A stretch of 63,231 bases of DNA from a virus (IMGVR_UViG_3300047388_000410:1-63231); one strand, 5' to 3'. Positions 26,624-37,032 are shown, numbered from the stretch's first letter. Notes: generated from the letters alone by a model not told the origin. Program-made: numbers and translations.

Positions 26624-27109
26624 ATGGCTAGACAAAAAGTTTTATGCCCCCACGGCGTTGTAGGCAAAGACAGTTGTCGCGACTGTAAAAAGAACTATGA
26701 TCGCTTATGGAAGCAGCGGAATCCTGATTATTTTAGAGCATATTATAAAAGGCAGCGGGCCGAAAAAGGCTATAAACCACGACCGGCTCGAATGTCTAAG
26801 GAAGAATACGCTATTAAGCGAAAAGTTAAGATGAAACGATATGCAGCGTTATGTTATGCGTTTATTTCGTGGTTAAAAACTGGATTAGTTTGTGTTGATT
26901 GTGCTCAACGATATCCTGAAGTTATGATGGAATTTGACCATCTGCCAAATTATGAAAAGAAAGCAACTATATCGGCTCTAGCTGGCCGTGGCTGGACTAA
27001 GCAATTACTTGAAGAATTACCGAAGACAGAATTAGTTTGCAAGGCTTGTCATCATAATCGTACTCAACAGCGGCGGAAAGAAGCCGGAATGCAAGTATTG
27101 GGCTATTAG
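26624..27109 (+). CDS. HNH-like endonuclease
   Basis: CVDC..Y...MEFDH...K...IS...EEL.K.ELVCKACH..RT. Confidence 0.8.
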   Translation: MARQKVLCPHGVVGKDSCRDCKKNYDRLWKQRNPDYFRAYYKRQRAEKGYKPRPARMSKEEYAIKRKVKMKRYAALCYAFISWLKTGLVCVDCAQRYPEVMMEFDHLPNYEKKATISALAGRGWTKQLLEELPKTELVCKACHHNRTQQRRKEAGMQVLGY

Positions 27110-27165
27110 CTAATGATTATGATATGTTATGCGGTGGAATATTTGTGTTGGTGAGGAGAAAGAAG

Positions 27166-27459
27166 ATGATGGCAAATGGTGATTGTACGGGGTTTGCGCC
27201 GGGCGGGTACGTACCCGTGACAGTGACATATCCACAGCCGCCGCCCGCCGTTTGCCCCGATTGCGGGCGATGTAGGACGTGCGGGCAGCCTGGGCCGCAG
27301 ACTATGCCGGCGCCTATCACGCCTATTCACGTTTGGCCGACGTGGACCAGCAATCCAACGAATGCGGAAATATTCTGGAACAGTAAAAACGGCAATACGA
27401 CGGGATATAATGGTATCTCACTCACCATGTCAGATGCGCTAGCCGGCGAAGTGCGATAA
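27166..27459 (+). CDS. Hypothetical protein with CPDCGRC..CG motif
   Basis: GAGGAG RBS. Confidence 0.55.
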   Translation: MMANGDCTGFAPGGYVPVTVTYPQPPPAVCPDCGRCRTCGQPGPQTMPAPITPIHVWPTWTSNPTNAEIFWNSKNGNTTGYNGISLTMSDALAGEVR

Positions 27460-27716
27460 TGCGCCATATTACAACCGGCTTTATTATCGGCTTTTGGGCC
27501 ATCGTGTTGATGCTATGGCTTACGGCGCTTCACGGCTGCGCTCCGCAGCAACAGTGTTATGCGATTCAGGGTGTAATTGATGGCTCAAATGTGGCGATAT
27601 TGTTTAATAATTGTACCGGGAAGTTTGATTTGGTACCGATTCCGGGGATGAAAACGACGCCTGATCCGGTGTCGAGTACGCCAAAGCGAGAGTCATCGCG
27701 TCAGCCGGGGGTGTAA
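27459..27716 (+). CDS. Putative lipoprotein
   Basis: Hydrophobic leader followed by an LHGC lipobox-like motif. Confidence 0.55.
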   Translation: MRHITTGFIIGFWAIVLMLWLTALHGCAPQQQCYAIQGVIDGSNVAILFNNCTGKFDLVPIPGMKTTPDPVSSTPKRESSRQPGV

Positions 27717-27717
27717 G

Positions 27718-27975
27718 ATGGCTAAGATTGCATATCTTGATGGGCGGGAAGAGATTATTGGACGGCTTCAGGCGCTTTTGAAAGTGGCCGAAGAAGGCGA
27801 TATCAGTGCCATCGCTATCGTGACGAATCATACTGATGGTGGAGTGGGCAAATCGTTCGGTTTCGCTAATAGCGGCGATATGTGGAAACTGGCCGGGTCG
27901 CTGATGGCAACGGCAAACGATGTTTTAAACGAGGGCACGGATACGCGGTATCAAGAAGAAGACGATGGAAGGTAA
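27718..27975 (+). CDS. Hypothetical protein
   Basis: L..LL..AE.G.I..IAIV...DG motif. Confidence 0.6.
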   Translation: MAKIAYLDGREEIIGRLQALLKVAEEGDISAIAIVTNHTDGGVGKSFGFANSGDMWKLAGSLMATANDVLNEGTDTRYQEEDDGR

Positions 27976-27983
27976 CAAGTAAT

Positions 27984-28634
27984 ATGGCACTTGCAGCAGA
28001 TAAGTTAAAAGACCTAATCAGCATCATAACCCGGCTATTGCCGCAATCATCTACCGTACCACCGAGCCTCGCGGCCGACGAAGTGGGCGTGGAGTTGGAT
28101 ACGGGAAAGTTGAAAGTGGGCGATGGGTCTACACCGTGGGATAGTTTGCCGTATTTGAGTGGCGGAGGTAGTGGGGCAACGGGGCCGACTGGACCACAGG
28201 GGGCGACTGGCCCTTCTGGCGGCGGAGGTGGCAACGTACAGGTAGTAGAAAAAGTGCTCACGGCGGCTGATTTAGCCGCAATGCCAACGCCGGTTGTGCT
28301 CGTTACGCCGGCTTCGGGGAAATATATCGCACCGATTTTCGTTGTTTCGTCGTTTAATCATGTTATGGATTTCCAAGACGGCGATGATGTGTCGATTCAG
28401 ACACAGAACGGCGCTACGCGGCATTCGGTTATCGCGCAGGGTAACGTATTGGCATCTGAAAGTAATGTTATTTTCGGTGGCACCGTAACGCCAACAACAC
28501 AAACCTCATATACTGCATCTGGCGGGCATTATCCGATTGACGATCCGGTGGTGGCAGTAGCGGCGAATCCGTTTAGCCAAGGAACCGGGAGCACGTTAAC
28601 TATTACAATGGCATATTATGAGGCAAGTCTTTAG
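27984..28634 (+). CDS. Fibre-like protein with Mtd_N/hyaluronidase N-terminal motif and short collagen stretch
   Basis: EVGVELDTGKLKVGDGSTPWDSLPY followed by [14 protein letters not shown]. Confidence 0.75.
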   Translation: MALAADKLKDLISIITRLLPQSSTVPPSLAADEVGVELDTGKLKVGDGSTPWDSLPYLSGGGSGATGPTGPQGATGPSGGGGGNVQVVEKVLTAADLAAMPTPVVLVTPASGKYIAPIFVVSSFNHVMDFQDGDDVSIQTQNGATRHSVIAQGNVLASESNVIFGGTVTPTTQTSYTASGGHYPIDDPVVAVAANPFSQGTGSTLTITMAYYEASL

Positions 28635-28644
28635 ACAGTGAAAT

Positions 28645-29058
28645 ATGAAACGCAGCATCATCAAAGCGATGCTTCAGCGCCAGGAGGGATTTAAGGCGGA
28701 GTTGTATAAGGATACGAACAATAAATGGACGATAGGGTATGGCAGGTGCCTCGAAACGAATCCACTAACAGAAGCCGAAGCGGAGTTTTTGCTTGATAGC
28801 GATATCACGCGCATATGGCAGCTTTTGACGACGAAGCTGATTTTCTTCGGCGGGTTAAGCGACTCAAGGCAGCATGTACTTATTTCTATGACTTACAACT
28901 TGGGGATGAACGGATTGATGGGGTTCAAGAAGATGCTAGCAGCGGCCGAAGCGGCAAACTTCAACGCCGCCGCGAACGAAATGCTAGATTCAACTTGGGC
29001 AAAACAAGTAGGGGTGCGCGCTAAAGAATTGGCAGAAATGATGAGGAGTGGAATTTAA
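28645..29058 (+). CDS. Endolysin, T4-lysozyme-like (GH24)
   Basis: EG....YKDT...WTIGYGR, M.YNLG..G...FKKM, AA.EMLDS.WAKQVG.RA..L. Confidence 0.9.
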   Translation: MKRSIIKAMLQRQEGFKAELYKDTNNKWTIGYGRCLETNPLTEAEAEFLLDSDITRIWQLLTTKLIFFGGLSDSRQHVLISMTYNLGMNGLMGFKKMLAAAEAANFNAAANEMLDSTWAKQVGVRAKELAEMMRSGI

Positions 29059-29528
29059 TGCCAAGATATGGTACGATGCCTGAATGGCATAAGCAAAAAA
29101 TTGCAGCAGCAGTTTCAAAGGCGTCAAAAGGAATTCAGAGAATTGTAAAACCACAAATTAGAACAGCACCAACAGAGAAGCCAAATTTTCGTGATCTAGT
29201 TTTAGCTGCCGGATGGTATGAAGGTGAAGGGACTGTGCGTACTGACAAAGGACGGATTCAAGTCGGTATTGCACAATCTGATGAATGGATGCCAAACAGA
29301 TTAAAGGCGCTTTTTGGAGGAAGTATATACATTCTACCGCCTGGATATATGAAGCAACATTTCACCAAGGAATATAATATTAAGGAAATGCGTCGTTGGC
29401 AATTAACAGGTGTCAGAGCGCGCGGTTTTCTTATGACAATTTATCCGTTTTGTTCGCCGCGTCGTCAAACGCAAATTAAAACGGCTCTTGATAGTTGGCG
29501 ACAAACAAATTATAAGGTTGCAGCATAA
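29058..29528 (+). CDS. LAGLIDADG homing endonuclease
   Basis: AAGWYEGEGTV; FGGSI; W...G..ARGFL..IYP..S.RR..QI. Confidence 0.8.
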   Translation: MPRYGTMPEWHKQKIAAAVSKASKGIQRIVKPQIRTAPTEKPNFRDLVLAAGWYEGEGTVRTDKGRIQVGIAQSDEWMPNRLKALFGGSIYILPPGYMKQHFTKEYNIKEMRRWQLTGVRARGFLMTIYPFCSPRRQTQIKTALDSWRQTNYKVAA

Positions 29529-29692
29529 TGCGACGTGATAATGATTTTACTAAAACCGTATTACGAAATGTCGCTACGGCAGTAGTTGTTGCGCTGTTAG
29601 GCGGCGCGGTTAAATTATATCTCGATGTGCAAGAGCTAAAGGCGAGATTTGAATATGTAAACGGCAGCGGTTGGACGGTGCCGAAACGATAA
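29528..29692 (+). CDS. Small single-TM protein (lysis-associated candidate)
   Basis: Hand-translated MRRDND..VATAVVVALLGGAVKLYL; TAATG coupling. Confidence 0.55.
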   Translation: MRRDNDFTKTVLRNVATAVVVALLGGAVKLYLDVQELKARFEYVNGSGWTVPKR

Positions 29693-29694
29693 TC

Positions 29695-29898
29695 ATGGCA
29701 ACGGTAGTAACAGTTAAAGTAAATCATCCACACGCAAGAGCAAATGCGATGCAGCGGCTAACATCACAACAGCAGCAGGATTTGATGGCGTATGCTAAAG
29801 CGCTAAAAGCGTCGCCAAGCGCGCCGGCAGTTGCTCCGGCAAGTTTGCAGAACGTGAAAAATTTGTCAAAACTATTAGATATGGTGAATCCAGGGTAA
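29695..29898 (+). CDS. Hypothetical protein
   Basis: Coupled ORF. Confidence 0.45.
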   Translation: MATVVTVKVNHPHARANAMQRLTSQQQQDLMAYAKALKASPSAPAVAPASLQNVKNLSKLLDMVNPG

Positions 29899-30022
29899 AG
29901 TGAATAATTATGGTTGGCGGCGAGCTTTGGGAAATGCAATCACGCGAACCGAAGCGGCCGAGTTGGGTATGTCGAATGCGCCGACGCATTTTGCGTTGGC
30001 TGAAACGAAGGAGGGTATTACG

Positions 30023-30277
30023 ATGACAGATGTTCTGACGGCACTTTTGAACGTTGCAAAAGCGCTTGGCGGCGTGGTGGATAAGGCCGTGCCGGTTGGC
30101 GTGGGCGGGCGAACGAAATATGCGGCGATTATCGCGGTTATTGCGCCGATTGTGGGGAAGATTGCGTGCGCGGTGTATCCGGCTGCGTGCCCGATTGTGG
30201 ATTCATTAGGCGCGGCGGCTGCGGCGCTGACGCCGGTTTTTGCGGCAGCGGGACTCGTGCGCGATACAGCGAAGTAA
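30023..30277 (+). CDS. Holin-like membrane protein
   Basis: AGGAGG RBS; G.RTKY followed by two hydrophobic segments; near the endolysin. Confidence 0.55.
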   Translation: MTDVLTALLNVAKALGGVVDKAVPVGVGGRTKYAAIIAVIAPIVGKIACAVYPAACPIVDSLGAAAAALTPVFAAAGLVRDTAK

Positions 30278-30517
30278 ATAAACGAGCAAAGTTATGCGCC
30301 GACCGAGCGGCGATCATTGGCAGCGAGCACTCTCGGCACTGCTCGCAAAGTTGGTGACGAAATCTATGGCACAGCGGCCGAGGGATAAGCCGTATCGCGG
30401 TGGTACGTTTGATAGCGGTCGTGAGCAATCGAGACAGTTAGAGTCGAGATGGTGCCGACGAAGCGCGGAATCCGATAGCCGTGGTGAGAGTATTAGGCAG
30501 ACGAAGGCGAAGAAGCG

Positions 30518-30769
30518 ATGGCGAAAGAAGTAACGTATCCGAAAGACCATAAGCCCGGCATGGCGGTGACGAAGCCGGGGAGTAGTTGTGCGAATTGTAG
30601 GTATTTGCGGCCGAATTTGTATTGTGCGAATGAGTATTTTCAGAAGTGGAATGGGGGGAATAAGATACCGACGAAAGATGCGAATAGTTATTGTAGCGAT
30701 TGGTGGGAGCCGCGCGAAGGACGTAAGACGCTTGGCGAGCAGCTAAGCGAACAAAAGGAATCGAAATAA
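30518..30769 (+). CDS. Small four-Cys protein (HiPIP-like spacing)
   Basis: CANCRY.....C......I.....YCSDWW. Confidence 0.55.
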   Translation: MAKEVTYPKDHKPGMAVTKPGSSCANCRYLRPNLYCANEYFQKWNGGNKIPTKDANSYCSDWWEPREGRKTLGEQLSEQKESK

Positions 30770-31329
30770 TGCCGGGTAAACGGTCTGCGATTTACGGCGC
30801 GTTAACCGACAGCCGTGGCAGATCACGAAACGTCGAAGTATTCCAACCCAAGGTACTAGGGGTAAATGAAAAGGCTGGGTTTGCGCCTGAGCGCCTTGAT
30901 GATGTGGTGGCGAGCTTAATTGAAAATGCGGAGGGCGGCGCCGAGCTATTGAAGCAATATACGCCCATGCTTCAGCAGCTTATGATGAAACTTGGCGAAG
31001 AGATTAAGCTACTTCTTGAGCATATGGCGCCGACAACATTTAGCACGAATGGCGAAGCCGCTCCGACACGTATTACCGACGCGCTTACGGTAGCACTTGA
31101 GCTAAGTAGCAAAGTGAGTGTGGTGTTAGAGCGCGTCAACAAGATGGTCATGCAATCGAGTAAGAGCGTTGATGACGTGACGCGGCTACGAACATTTTTG
31201 GTGACGGGCGACGATGATCCTACGGGGATTGATGGGTTAGGGGAAACGGATTTGCGGCGCATTGTGGCAAACGCAGCATCAGGGTTTAAAGAATCTGATA
31301 ACTGGACGAAACCGCAGGAAGCGGAATAA
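30769..31329 (+). CDS. Probable terminase small subunit
   Basis: Helical protein directly upstream of TerL; positional call only. Confidence 0.45.
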   Translation: MPGKRSAIYGALTDSRGRSRNVEVFQPKVLGVNEKAGFAPERLDDVVASLIENAEGGAELLKQYTPMLQQLMMKLGEEIKLLLEHMAPTTFSTNGEAAPTRITDALTVALELSSKVSVVLERVNKMVMQSSKSVDDVTRLRTFLVTGDDDPTGIDGLGETDLRRIVANAASGFKESDNWTKPQEAE

Positions 31330-31331
31330 GC

Positions 31332-32984
31332 GTGCGACAGTTTGGATTGCTAGATGCCGCGAAGGCGGCCCAAATCTTAGGCTCACGATGGGAACATGAC
31401 CCGTTGCGCATTTGGGCACCTTCTGTGCGTCAGAAGATGTTTTTGGAATGCACAAAGTCTGAAGCCGCGTTATTGGGCAGCAACCGATGCGGAAAGTCTG
31501 ATGCGCTCGCAGCGATTGTATCATCGTTAGCTCGTTTTGGCAACCCAAATCCGCTCACATCATACGCGGCTGGCGGCCGCCTCGAAATCATCGACCGCGC
31601 TATGAGTATTTGGGTCGTGACGCTATCCGAGCGGCTAGGCAAAGAGGGCATTCAGCCGAAAATCGTTTCGACGGCGTATACCGCGGCCGAAACGCACCCC
31701 GCGTTCATTCCGCAAACCGAAATAGATAGCTGGAACATCAACGAGCAAACGTGGAGACTCAAAAATGGCAGCATCATCGGATTCAAAACTGCCGATGCAG
31801 GACGCGAAGTCTTCCAGTCAGCCGCGCGAGATATGGTGGCGTTTGATGAGATTTGTGAGTGGGAGGTTTATAAAGAAGCTACATTTCGCGTGCCGGGCGG
31901 GGGGAGACGGTTGCTTATTCGGCTCGCGGCGACCTTATTGCCCCCATTAGGTGTTGCAGGCGGTGTAAGTTGGTATTATCCGGAGAAAATCAAGCCGTTT
32001 TGGGCGCAAGGGAATAAGGAAAACAATATCGGCAATCCGCACCCTAATCTCGATATCTTCACCATGGGCATGCGGGATAACCCGCATATCAACCGCGAAG
32101 AGATTTTGCGCCTTGAGCAAATGTTTCCGCCGGGGAGTCTAGAGCGGCGCATTCGCGTTGATGGCGAATTGCTGCCGAGTATCGGCGGCACGATGGCCTA
32201 CCCTGCGTTCAACCGCCAAATCCATGTTGATAACCGCATCGTACCCGAAAACCTCGATCCTCGCGCGCCACTATGTCTCTGTATCGACTTCAACGTCAGC
32301 CCGTGTGTGTGGGTCATTGGGCAGCGGCTCAATGTGCAGGGGTTTGATACGTGGTTTTTCTTTGATGAAATCGTAACCGATCAATGCAATATTGGTATGA
32401 TGACGGATGAATTTCGGCGGCGGTATCCGACTCATGGGGCGATGCTGAAGATATATGGCGACCAAACCGGCGCAAACCGTAGCCCACAAAGCGGCGTCAG
32501 CAATTATTACATCATCCAAGAAGGACTCAAAGGCTACCCGGTGCCGATTGAAATGTGCCTGCCCGAGCGCAACCCGCCTGTCGTGGACCGCATCAACGCG
32601 ACGAATCGGCAGCTATCGGGGTCAGAGGGGCGCATTGGGTTAATTGTCGGCCCACATTGCGAAGAAACGATTGCGGACTTTGAAGAAGTGCTCCGCGATC
32701 CAAAAGGCGGGATCAAGAAAACGCATAATATGGACAGCCCGTATTATAAGCGGACTCACGCATCAGATGCTATAGGGTATGCAATAAGCTACACCGACCC
32801 GGTGCCGAGGTTCATTGCCGTGGGTCATGGTTTGCGCCGAGTACCTTCGCCCGGCTATCTCGGCAAAGGCGGCAATATGAGCAGTCGTGCTGGTATGCCG
32901 CCAGTGAGTTATGATGCTGATGGGCGACTGCGAAGAATGGCCGGTGGTGGGATAAGACCGCCAAAACGTTATAATAATTATTAG
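31332..32984 (+). CDS. terL: Terminase large subunit
   Basis: Q..F, Walker A GSNRCGKS, Walker B VAFDE, DNPHI, nuclease IDFNVSP, YGD, HASDAIGY. Confidence 0.95.
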   Translation: MRQFGLLDAAKAAQILGSRWEHDPLRIWAPSVRQKMFLECTKSEAALLGSNRCGKSDALAAIVSSLARFGNPNPLTSYAAGGRLEIIDRAMSIWVVTLSERLGKEGIQPKIVSTAYTAAETHPAFIPQTEIDSWNINEQTWRLKNGSIIGFKTADAGREVFQSAARDMVAFDEICEWEVYKEATFRVPGGGRRLLIRLAATLLPPLGVAGGVSWYYPEKIKPFWAQGNKENNIGNPHPNLDIFTMGMRDNPHINREEILRLEQMFPPGSLERRIRVDGELLPSIGGTMAYPAFNRQIHVDNRIVPENLDPRAPLCLCIDFNVSPCVWVIGQRLNVQGFDTWFFFDEIVTDQCNIGMMTDEFRRRYPTHGAMLKIYGDQTGANRSPQSGVSNYYIIQEGLKGYPVPIEMCLPERNPPVVDRINATNRQLSGSEGRIGLIVGPHCEETIADFEEVLRDPKGGIKKTHNMDSPYYKRTHASDAIGYAISYTDPVPRFIAVGHGLRRVPSPGYLGKGGNMSSRAGMPPVSYDADGRLRRMAGGGIRPPKRYNNY

Positions 32985-32992
32985 AATATTTA
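32979..32992 (+). promoter_or_regulatory. Recurring late-gene motif TATTAGAATATTTA
   Basis: One of four close copies in intergenic gaps; upstream of the portal gene. Confidence 0.55.
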
Positions 32993-33003
32993 AGAGTTAG
33001 AAC

Positions 33004-35073
33004 ATGGCGCGACAGGCAAATATTATTACGCAATCCAAGAAGGACTTAGCGGACAAATGCACTCGCATATCGGGGCATTGGTGGAATCGTTCATGGCAAG
33101 CGCGTTGGAATCGCCGCGCGCAGAATTTGGCAAACTGGAATGCCTATCATAGTAGACAGGATTGGAGCCACAAGTTACCATGGCAGACACAGCAAACAGT
33201 TGCGGATTTTGGCATATCAATTGAGCAATCTACCGGAACGTTGGAGCGCGGACTCACTGATACCGAGGATTGGCTTACGGTTGATCCTGTTGGGATTGGC
33301 GATCCGGCGATTGATCCGGATACGATTGCGGCGTTATTAAAGTATTATTTGTATCGCCTCTGGGTACCGGGCGATGCGCCGGAAAACGCCTACAACATCG
33401 CAAATCTTATTAGTGATGGCGTAAAGCGCGGACTATTGGAGTCAATTATCACGGCAAAGGTGTATGCGAGGTTTTGTACCAAATATCAATATCGCCTTGT
33501 ACAATCGCAGCCGAAAAAAGGTAAACTTGGATATCGAGAAGATTTATCGGCATACGATCTAGTGCCAACGGGCTTACAGCAGAGTGTGACGATAGATAAG
33601 CTACAAGATTTTCGCCTCTGCACGGAAATCATCCCATGGGAAGATTGGTTTCCGGACCCGAGCCTTTTGAATAAATATATAATCCACGAAGCCACAGTGC
33701 ATGTGGCGGATTTGGGCGCCAACCCGGATTATGATCCAGAAGTTGTTAACGCGATACGCGGCACGGCAAATGCGACATACGCGGATATGTACAAACGCGT
33801 GACGCAGGATATCGTTTTTATTCAGCATGATCCTGATGAAGTACGAGTGCGGGAGTTTTGGGGCGATCTCATTGACCCTGATACCGGCGAAGTATTGGCG
33901 ACGAATGCGTTTTGGACAACGTGTAATGATAGACTGCTTCGGCCGCCGACGCCGAATCCGTTTTGGCACGGCAAACGGCCATTCGTGAGTGCGCCGCTGC
34001 TTCGCACGCCGAACAGCACGATTCATAAGGCGCTGGCTGATGACGCGGTATTGACGTGGCAATTCTTAAACGAAGTCATGTCGCTAATGTTCGATGGTGC
34101 GTTGACCGCGGTGTGGGGCAAAGGGCAGATGCGAACGGATTTCGTAGAAAATCCCGAAGACTTTGCCGAGGGCATTCCACAGGCGAGTACGTTTTTGCTG
34201 CGGCCGAATACGCCAGAAGGGTATAAAGCGTGGGAGAAACTCGATAGCGGCGAACTGCCGCAATACGCGCTTGAAATTTTCAACTTGGCTATGCGTCAGT
34301 TTCAAACCGCGATGGCGACGAATGATCTGAAGTTAGGTCAGCAGCCGTCGAAGGAGAGTACCGCTACCGCGATTGTCGAAGCCATGCAAGCAAGCGGATC
34401 GTTATTTGAGTCGATTGCTGCTCGCGTAGAAGACTCGTTTCTTGAGCCCCTGTTCGAGTTACAATGGCTCACGATTTTGCAATACGAATTTGACCACAAA
34501 TTCAGCGATCCAAATCTCGTGCAGATTCTCGGCCCCGAGCGCACGCTTGAGATTATGAAGATGACCAACCAAGAGCGGTTTACGATTTTGGCGCAATCAG
34601 CCAAATTCAAATGCCGCGGGTTACGAGGCGTCACGGCGCGAAATCGTATCATGACAAAGCTGGCGAATCTGGTGCAGCTTGCCAGCCAGCCTGGCTCGCC
34701 GCTCATGTCGATTTTCGGCCCCGGCGGGCAATACAGCACCACGCGCCTCGCAGAACAGCTTATTCGCAACTCTGGCGTTGATCCGACGACACTAGAAAAA
34801 ACTCAAGACGAAAAAAACCAAGAACAAGCGCAGCAGATGGCGCAAGACGCAATCAATCAAGCCCAAGTAATTCAACCCGCACCGATGGGCCAAAATCCCA
34901 ATACGCCGCCCGCCGCAGGTGGCCCAACCGCGCCCGGCCCGGCTGGCGGGTCGCCGCCGGCATTAGTCGATGCCAGTCAGGATCAAATGCCGACTGGCGC
35001 AGGTGCTATGGCGCCTAAAACGCCCACAGGACAAGTACCCGCTGCACCGCAGCCACAAGCAGGCGGGCTGTAA
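33004..35073 (+). CDS. Portal protein
   Basis: 689 aa after TerL; FPDP, EFWG, NPFWHGKRPF, TATAI motifs; Pro/Gln-rich tail. Confidence 0.9.
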   Translation: MARQANIITQSKKDLADKCTRISGHWWNRSWQARWNRRAQNLANWNAYHSRQDWSHKLPWQTQQTVADFGISIEQSTGTLERGLTDTEDWLTVDPVGIGDPAIDPDTIAALLKYYLYRLWVPGDAPENAYNIANLISDGVKRGLLESIITAKVYARFCTKYQYRLVQSQPKKGKLGYREDLSAYDLVPTGLQQSVTIDKLQDFRLCTEIIPWEDWFPDPSLLNKYIIHEATVHVADLGANPDYDPEVVNAIRGTANATYADMYKRVTQDIVFIQHDPDEVRVREFWGDLIDPDTGEVLATNAFWTTCNDRLLRPPTPNPFWHGKRPFVSAPLLRTPNSTIHKALADDAVLTWQFLNEVMSLMFDGALTAVWGKGQMRTDFVENPEDFAEGIPQASTFLLRPNTPEGYKAWEKLDSGELPQYALEIFNLAMRQFQTAMATNDLKLGQQPSKESTATAIVEAMQASGSLFESIAARVEDSFLEPLFELQWLTILQYEFDHKFSDPNLVQILGPERTLEIMKMTNQERFTILAQSAKFKCRGLRGVTARNRIMTKLANLVQLASQPGSPLMSIFGPGGQYSTTRLAEQLIRNSGVDPTTLEKTQDEKNQEQAQQMAQDAINQAQVIQPAPMGQNPNTPPAAGGPTAPGPAGGSPPALVDASQDQMPTGAGAMAPKTPTGQVPAAPQPQAGGL

Positions 35074-35085
35074 TAAGAATATTTA
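35072..35085 (+). promoter_or_regulatory. Recurring late-gene motif AATAAGAATATTTA
   Basis: Intergenic copy upstream of 35111. Confidence 0.5.
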
Positions 35086-35110
35086 CTTATTTGAGGAGTG
35101 ACTTACGACT

Positions 35111-36097
35111 ATGGCTACATTTAGAAACCGCCCTACCAGCACGGAAAATTACCGTAATCCCGATCATCAGAAGTATGTAACGGGAGATGGTTGGAAGAGT
35201 GGGGAGAGCAAGACTGGTGCTCCGGGCGAAGGGCCGAGTATGTCAAAGGCGCCTGAAGGTAAGGCCGGGCTCAAGGCCGAAACTGCTCGACCGCAAGCGT
35301 CAGCCGATATGACTGGCAATCAGTCTATGCCAGAGCAGAAGACTAAGTTGGGCGTAAGCGTCGTTTGCATTAAGCCCAATGGCGGGCAGATGGGCCAGAT
35401 CAAGGGCGGCGATGTGCATGCGTATTTGGGGCATTTTCGCTCACCTGAGGTTTTGAAGCGCGGGCATAATCAGGGAGCACCGGGCGGGCCGTTGGGTACG
35501 CCGCCTCCGGTTTCAACAGTGAATATGCCGATGGGGCAGGGTGCTAAGCCGTCGCCGATTGGTGGAGTTGGGAATCTGCAGGGAACAGGAGCTAAGCCAT
35601 CAACACCGCGTACTCCGCCTATGACGAGCGGTGGTGGTGATATGCCGACTCCGCCGCCTTCGATGCCGGGAACATCTACTGGCCCGACGTCACCTGGCAC
35701 CGCGCCGTCAATGGGCGGCGGTAGAACAAAGCCGAAATTTGATGCTGTTCTTAATCCGACACTTGCCGCACGTCAGGCCGGTGCAAATCCTGCCGGTATG
35801 GCTGCGGCGCGAAAAGCCGCATCGGCTATTCCTATTGGTCAGCGTCGCGCAACCGCTTCAGCCGCACGTCAGTCTGCACGAAATGAAAATATGGCAACGC
35901 GGCAGGCGGCAGTAGGCGAAGCCAAGAGCGGGCTCAAGAGTGCAATTGGTGATGTTAAGAACGCTCGTATGGGACTAAAGTCTGCTATCAAAGGCGGCAA
36001 CGTCAGCGGCGCTGAGTCAGCGTTTGGCGCTCTCAAGTCAGCGCGTGGTGAGCGAAAAATCGCACGTCAGGGTCTTCGTAAGGCCCGGCGAGGTTAA
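35111..36097 (+). CDS. Low-complexity basic Gly/Pro/Ala-rich protein
   Basis: GAGGAG RBS; disordered N-terminus and Arg/Lys-rich helical C-terminus. Confidence 0.7.
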   Translation: MATFRNRPTSTENYRNPDHQKYVTGDGWKSGESKTGAPGEGPSMSKAPEGKAGLKAETARPQASADMTGNQSMPEQKTKLGVSVVCIKPNGGQMGQIKGGDVHAYLGHFRSPEVLKRGHNQGAPGGPLGTPPPVSTVNMPMGQGAKPSPIGGVGNLQGTGAKPSTPRTPPMTSGGGDMPTPPPSMPGTSTGPTSPGTAPSMGGGRTKPKFDAVLNPTLAARQAGANPAGMAAARKAASAIPIGQRRATASAARQSARNENMATRQAAVGEAKSGLKSAIGDVKNARMGLKSAIKGGNVSGAESAFGALKSARGERKIARQGLRKARRG

Positions 36098-36436
36098 ATG
36101 CCAAAATCCGCATCCATGATGCCGGTGAAGGCTGCACCAGTACCAACAAACGTCAAGCCTGTTAGCTTGCATCCTAACCCGATTTCCGACCCTCAGCATC
36201 CAGCGCATATCGCCATGACGCAAAACATCGGCCGCGCACTTGGGCATCTCATGACAGGCGACGTCGAAAGCGCCCGCGGCCATTTGCACGATGCGCTTGA
36301 TAACTGGCTTGAACCACATGCCGGATCACCGGCCAGTATGGACGCGAACGATGGTGGGAGTATGATGCCGTCTAGTCCCGCACAGCAAACGACAACCGAC
36401 AGCGCCCCAAAACGTAAACGAAAGAAGAAGGCATAA
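36098..36436 (+). CDS. Hypothetical protein
   Basis: GAGG RBS; basic tail. Confidence 0.6.
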   Translation: MPKSASMMPVKAAPVPTNVKPVSLHPNPISDPQHPAHIAMTQNIGRALGHLMTGDVESARGHLHDALDNWLEPHAGSPASMDANDGGSMMPSSPAQQTTTDSAPKRKRKKKA

Positions 36437-36440
36437 GACA

Positions 36441-37031
36441 ATGGATAAAGTTATTCAACGTGGCGATCCTTTTAGCTATCTTGGTAAGGTTATGAAGTCT
36501 GTTACCAAGACCCAAGAAGCACATGCTAACCGCGTCAAGGTAAACGGTCATACGCGCAGCAAGCCATCGCGCGGGAGCGCAGGTGGCAGCACGGGCGCGC
36601 AGGCACCAGACGGTCAGCCAAACCCCGCAATGGTACAGCCGTTTTCGCATAAGAAGTTAGACGAAACGCGGCCGGGCGCAGCGACCATGGCATCGCGAGC
36701 TAAGTCGGGCGCGAAAAATGCCGCCACGACTGTCGCTAAGAGCGGCAGTGCGGAAGAGGGCATTACGCATGAAGCCGGTGAGTCGGCTGCGTATGAAAAG
36801 ATGGAAGATAAAACGCTAAAGGGCCTCAAGGGGTCGAAGAATAAGATTCTGACCGAAGGACATAACACGTCAATGAAACTCGGCGGCGGTGGACGATTTA
36901 AGGCTGTCGAAAAGAGTGCCGCTGCGTCGGGCGCGAAGAATCCGGCTGCGGTGGCTGCTGCCGCAGGAATGAAGAAGTATGGCAAGGCGAAGATGGCAAA
37001 GATGGCCGCCGCAGGGCGTAAGCGCTCATAA
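36441..37031 (+). CDS. Lys/Ala-rich basic protein
   Basis: KLGGGGRFKA..SGAKNPAAVAAAAGMKKYGKAKMAKMAAAGRK, a motif typical of uncultured phage head-region genes. Confidence 0.7.
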   Translation: MDKVIQRGDPFSYLGKVMKSVTKTQEAHANRVKVNGHTRSKPSRGSAGGSTGAQAPDGQPNPAMVQPFSHKKLDETRPGAATMASRAKSGAKNAATTVAKSGSAEEGITHEAGESAAYEKMEDKTLKGLKGSKNKILTEGHNTSMKLGGGGRFKAVEKSAAASGAKNPAAVAAAAGMKKYGKAKMAKMAAAGRKRS

Positions 37032-37032
37032 T

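Noticed and set aside
27984-28634. Diversity-generating retroelement, suggested by the Mtd_N motif
   Set aside because: No reverse transcriptase and no template/variable repeat pair were seen.
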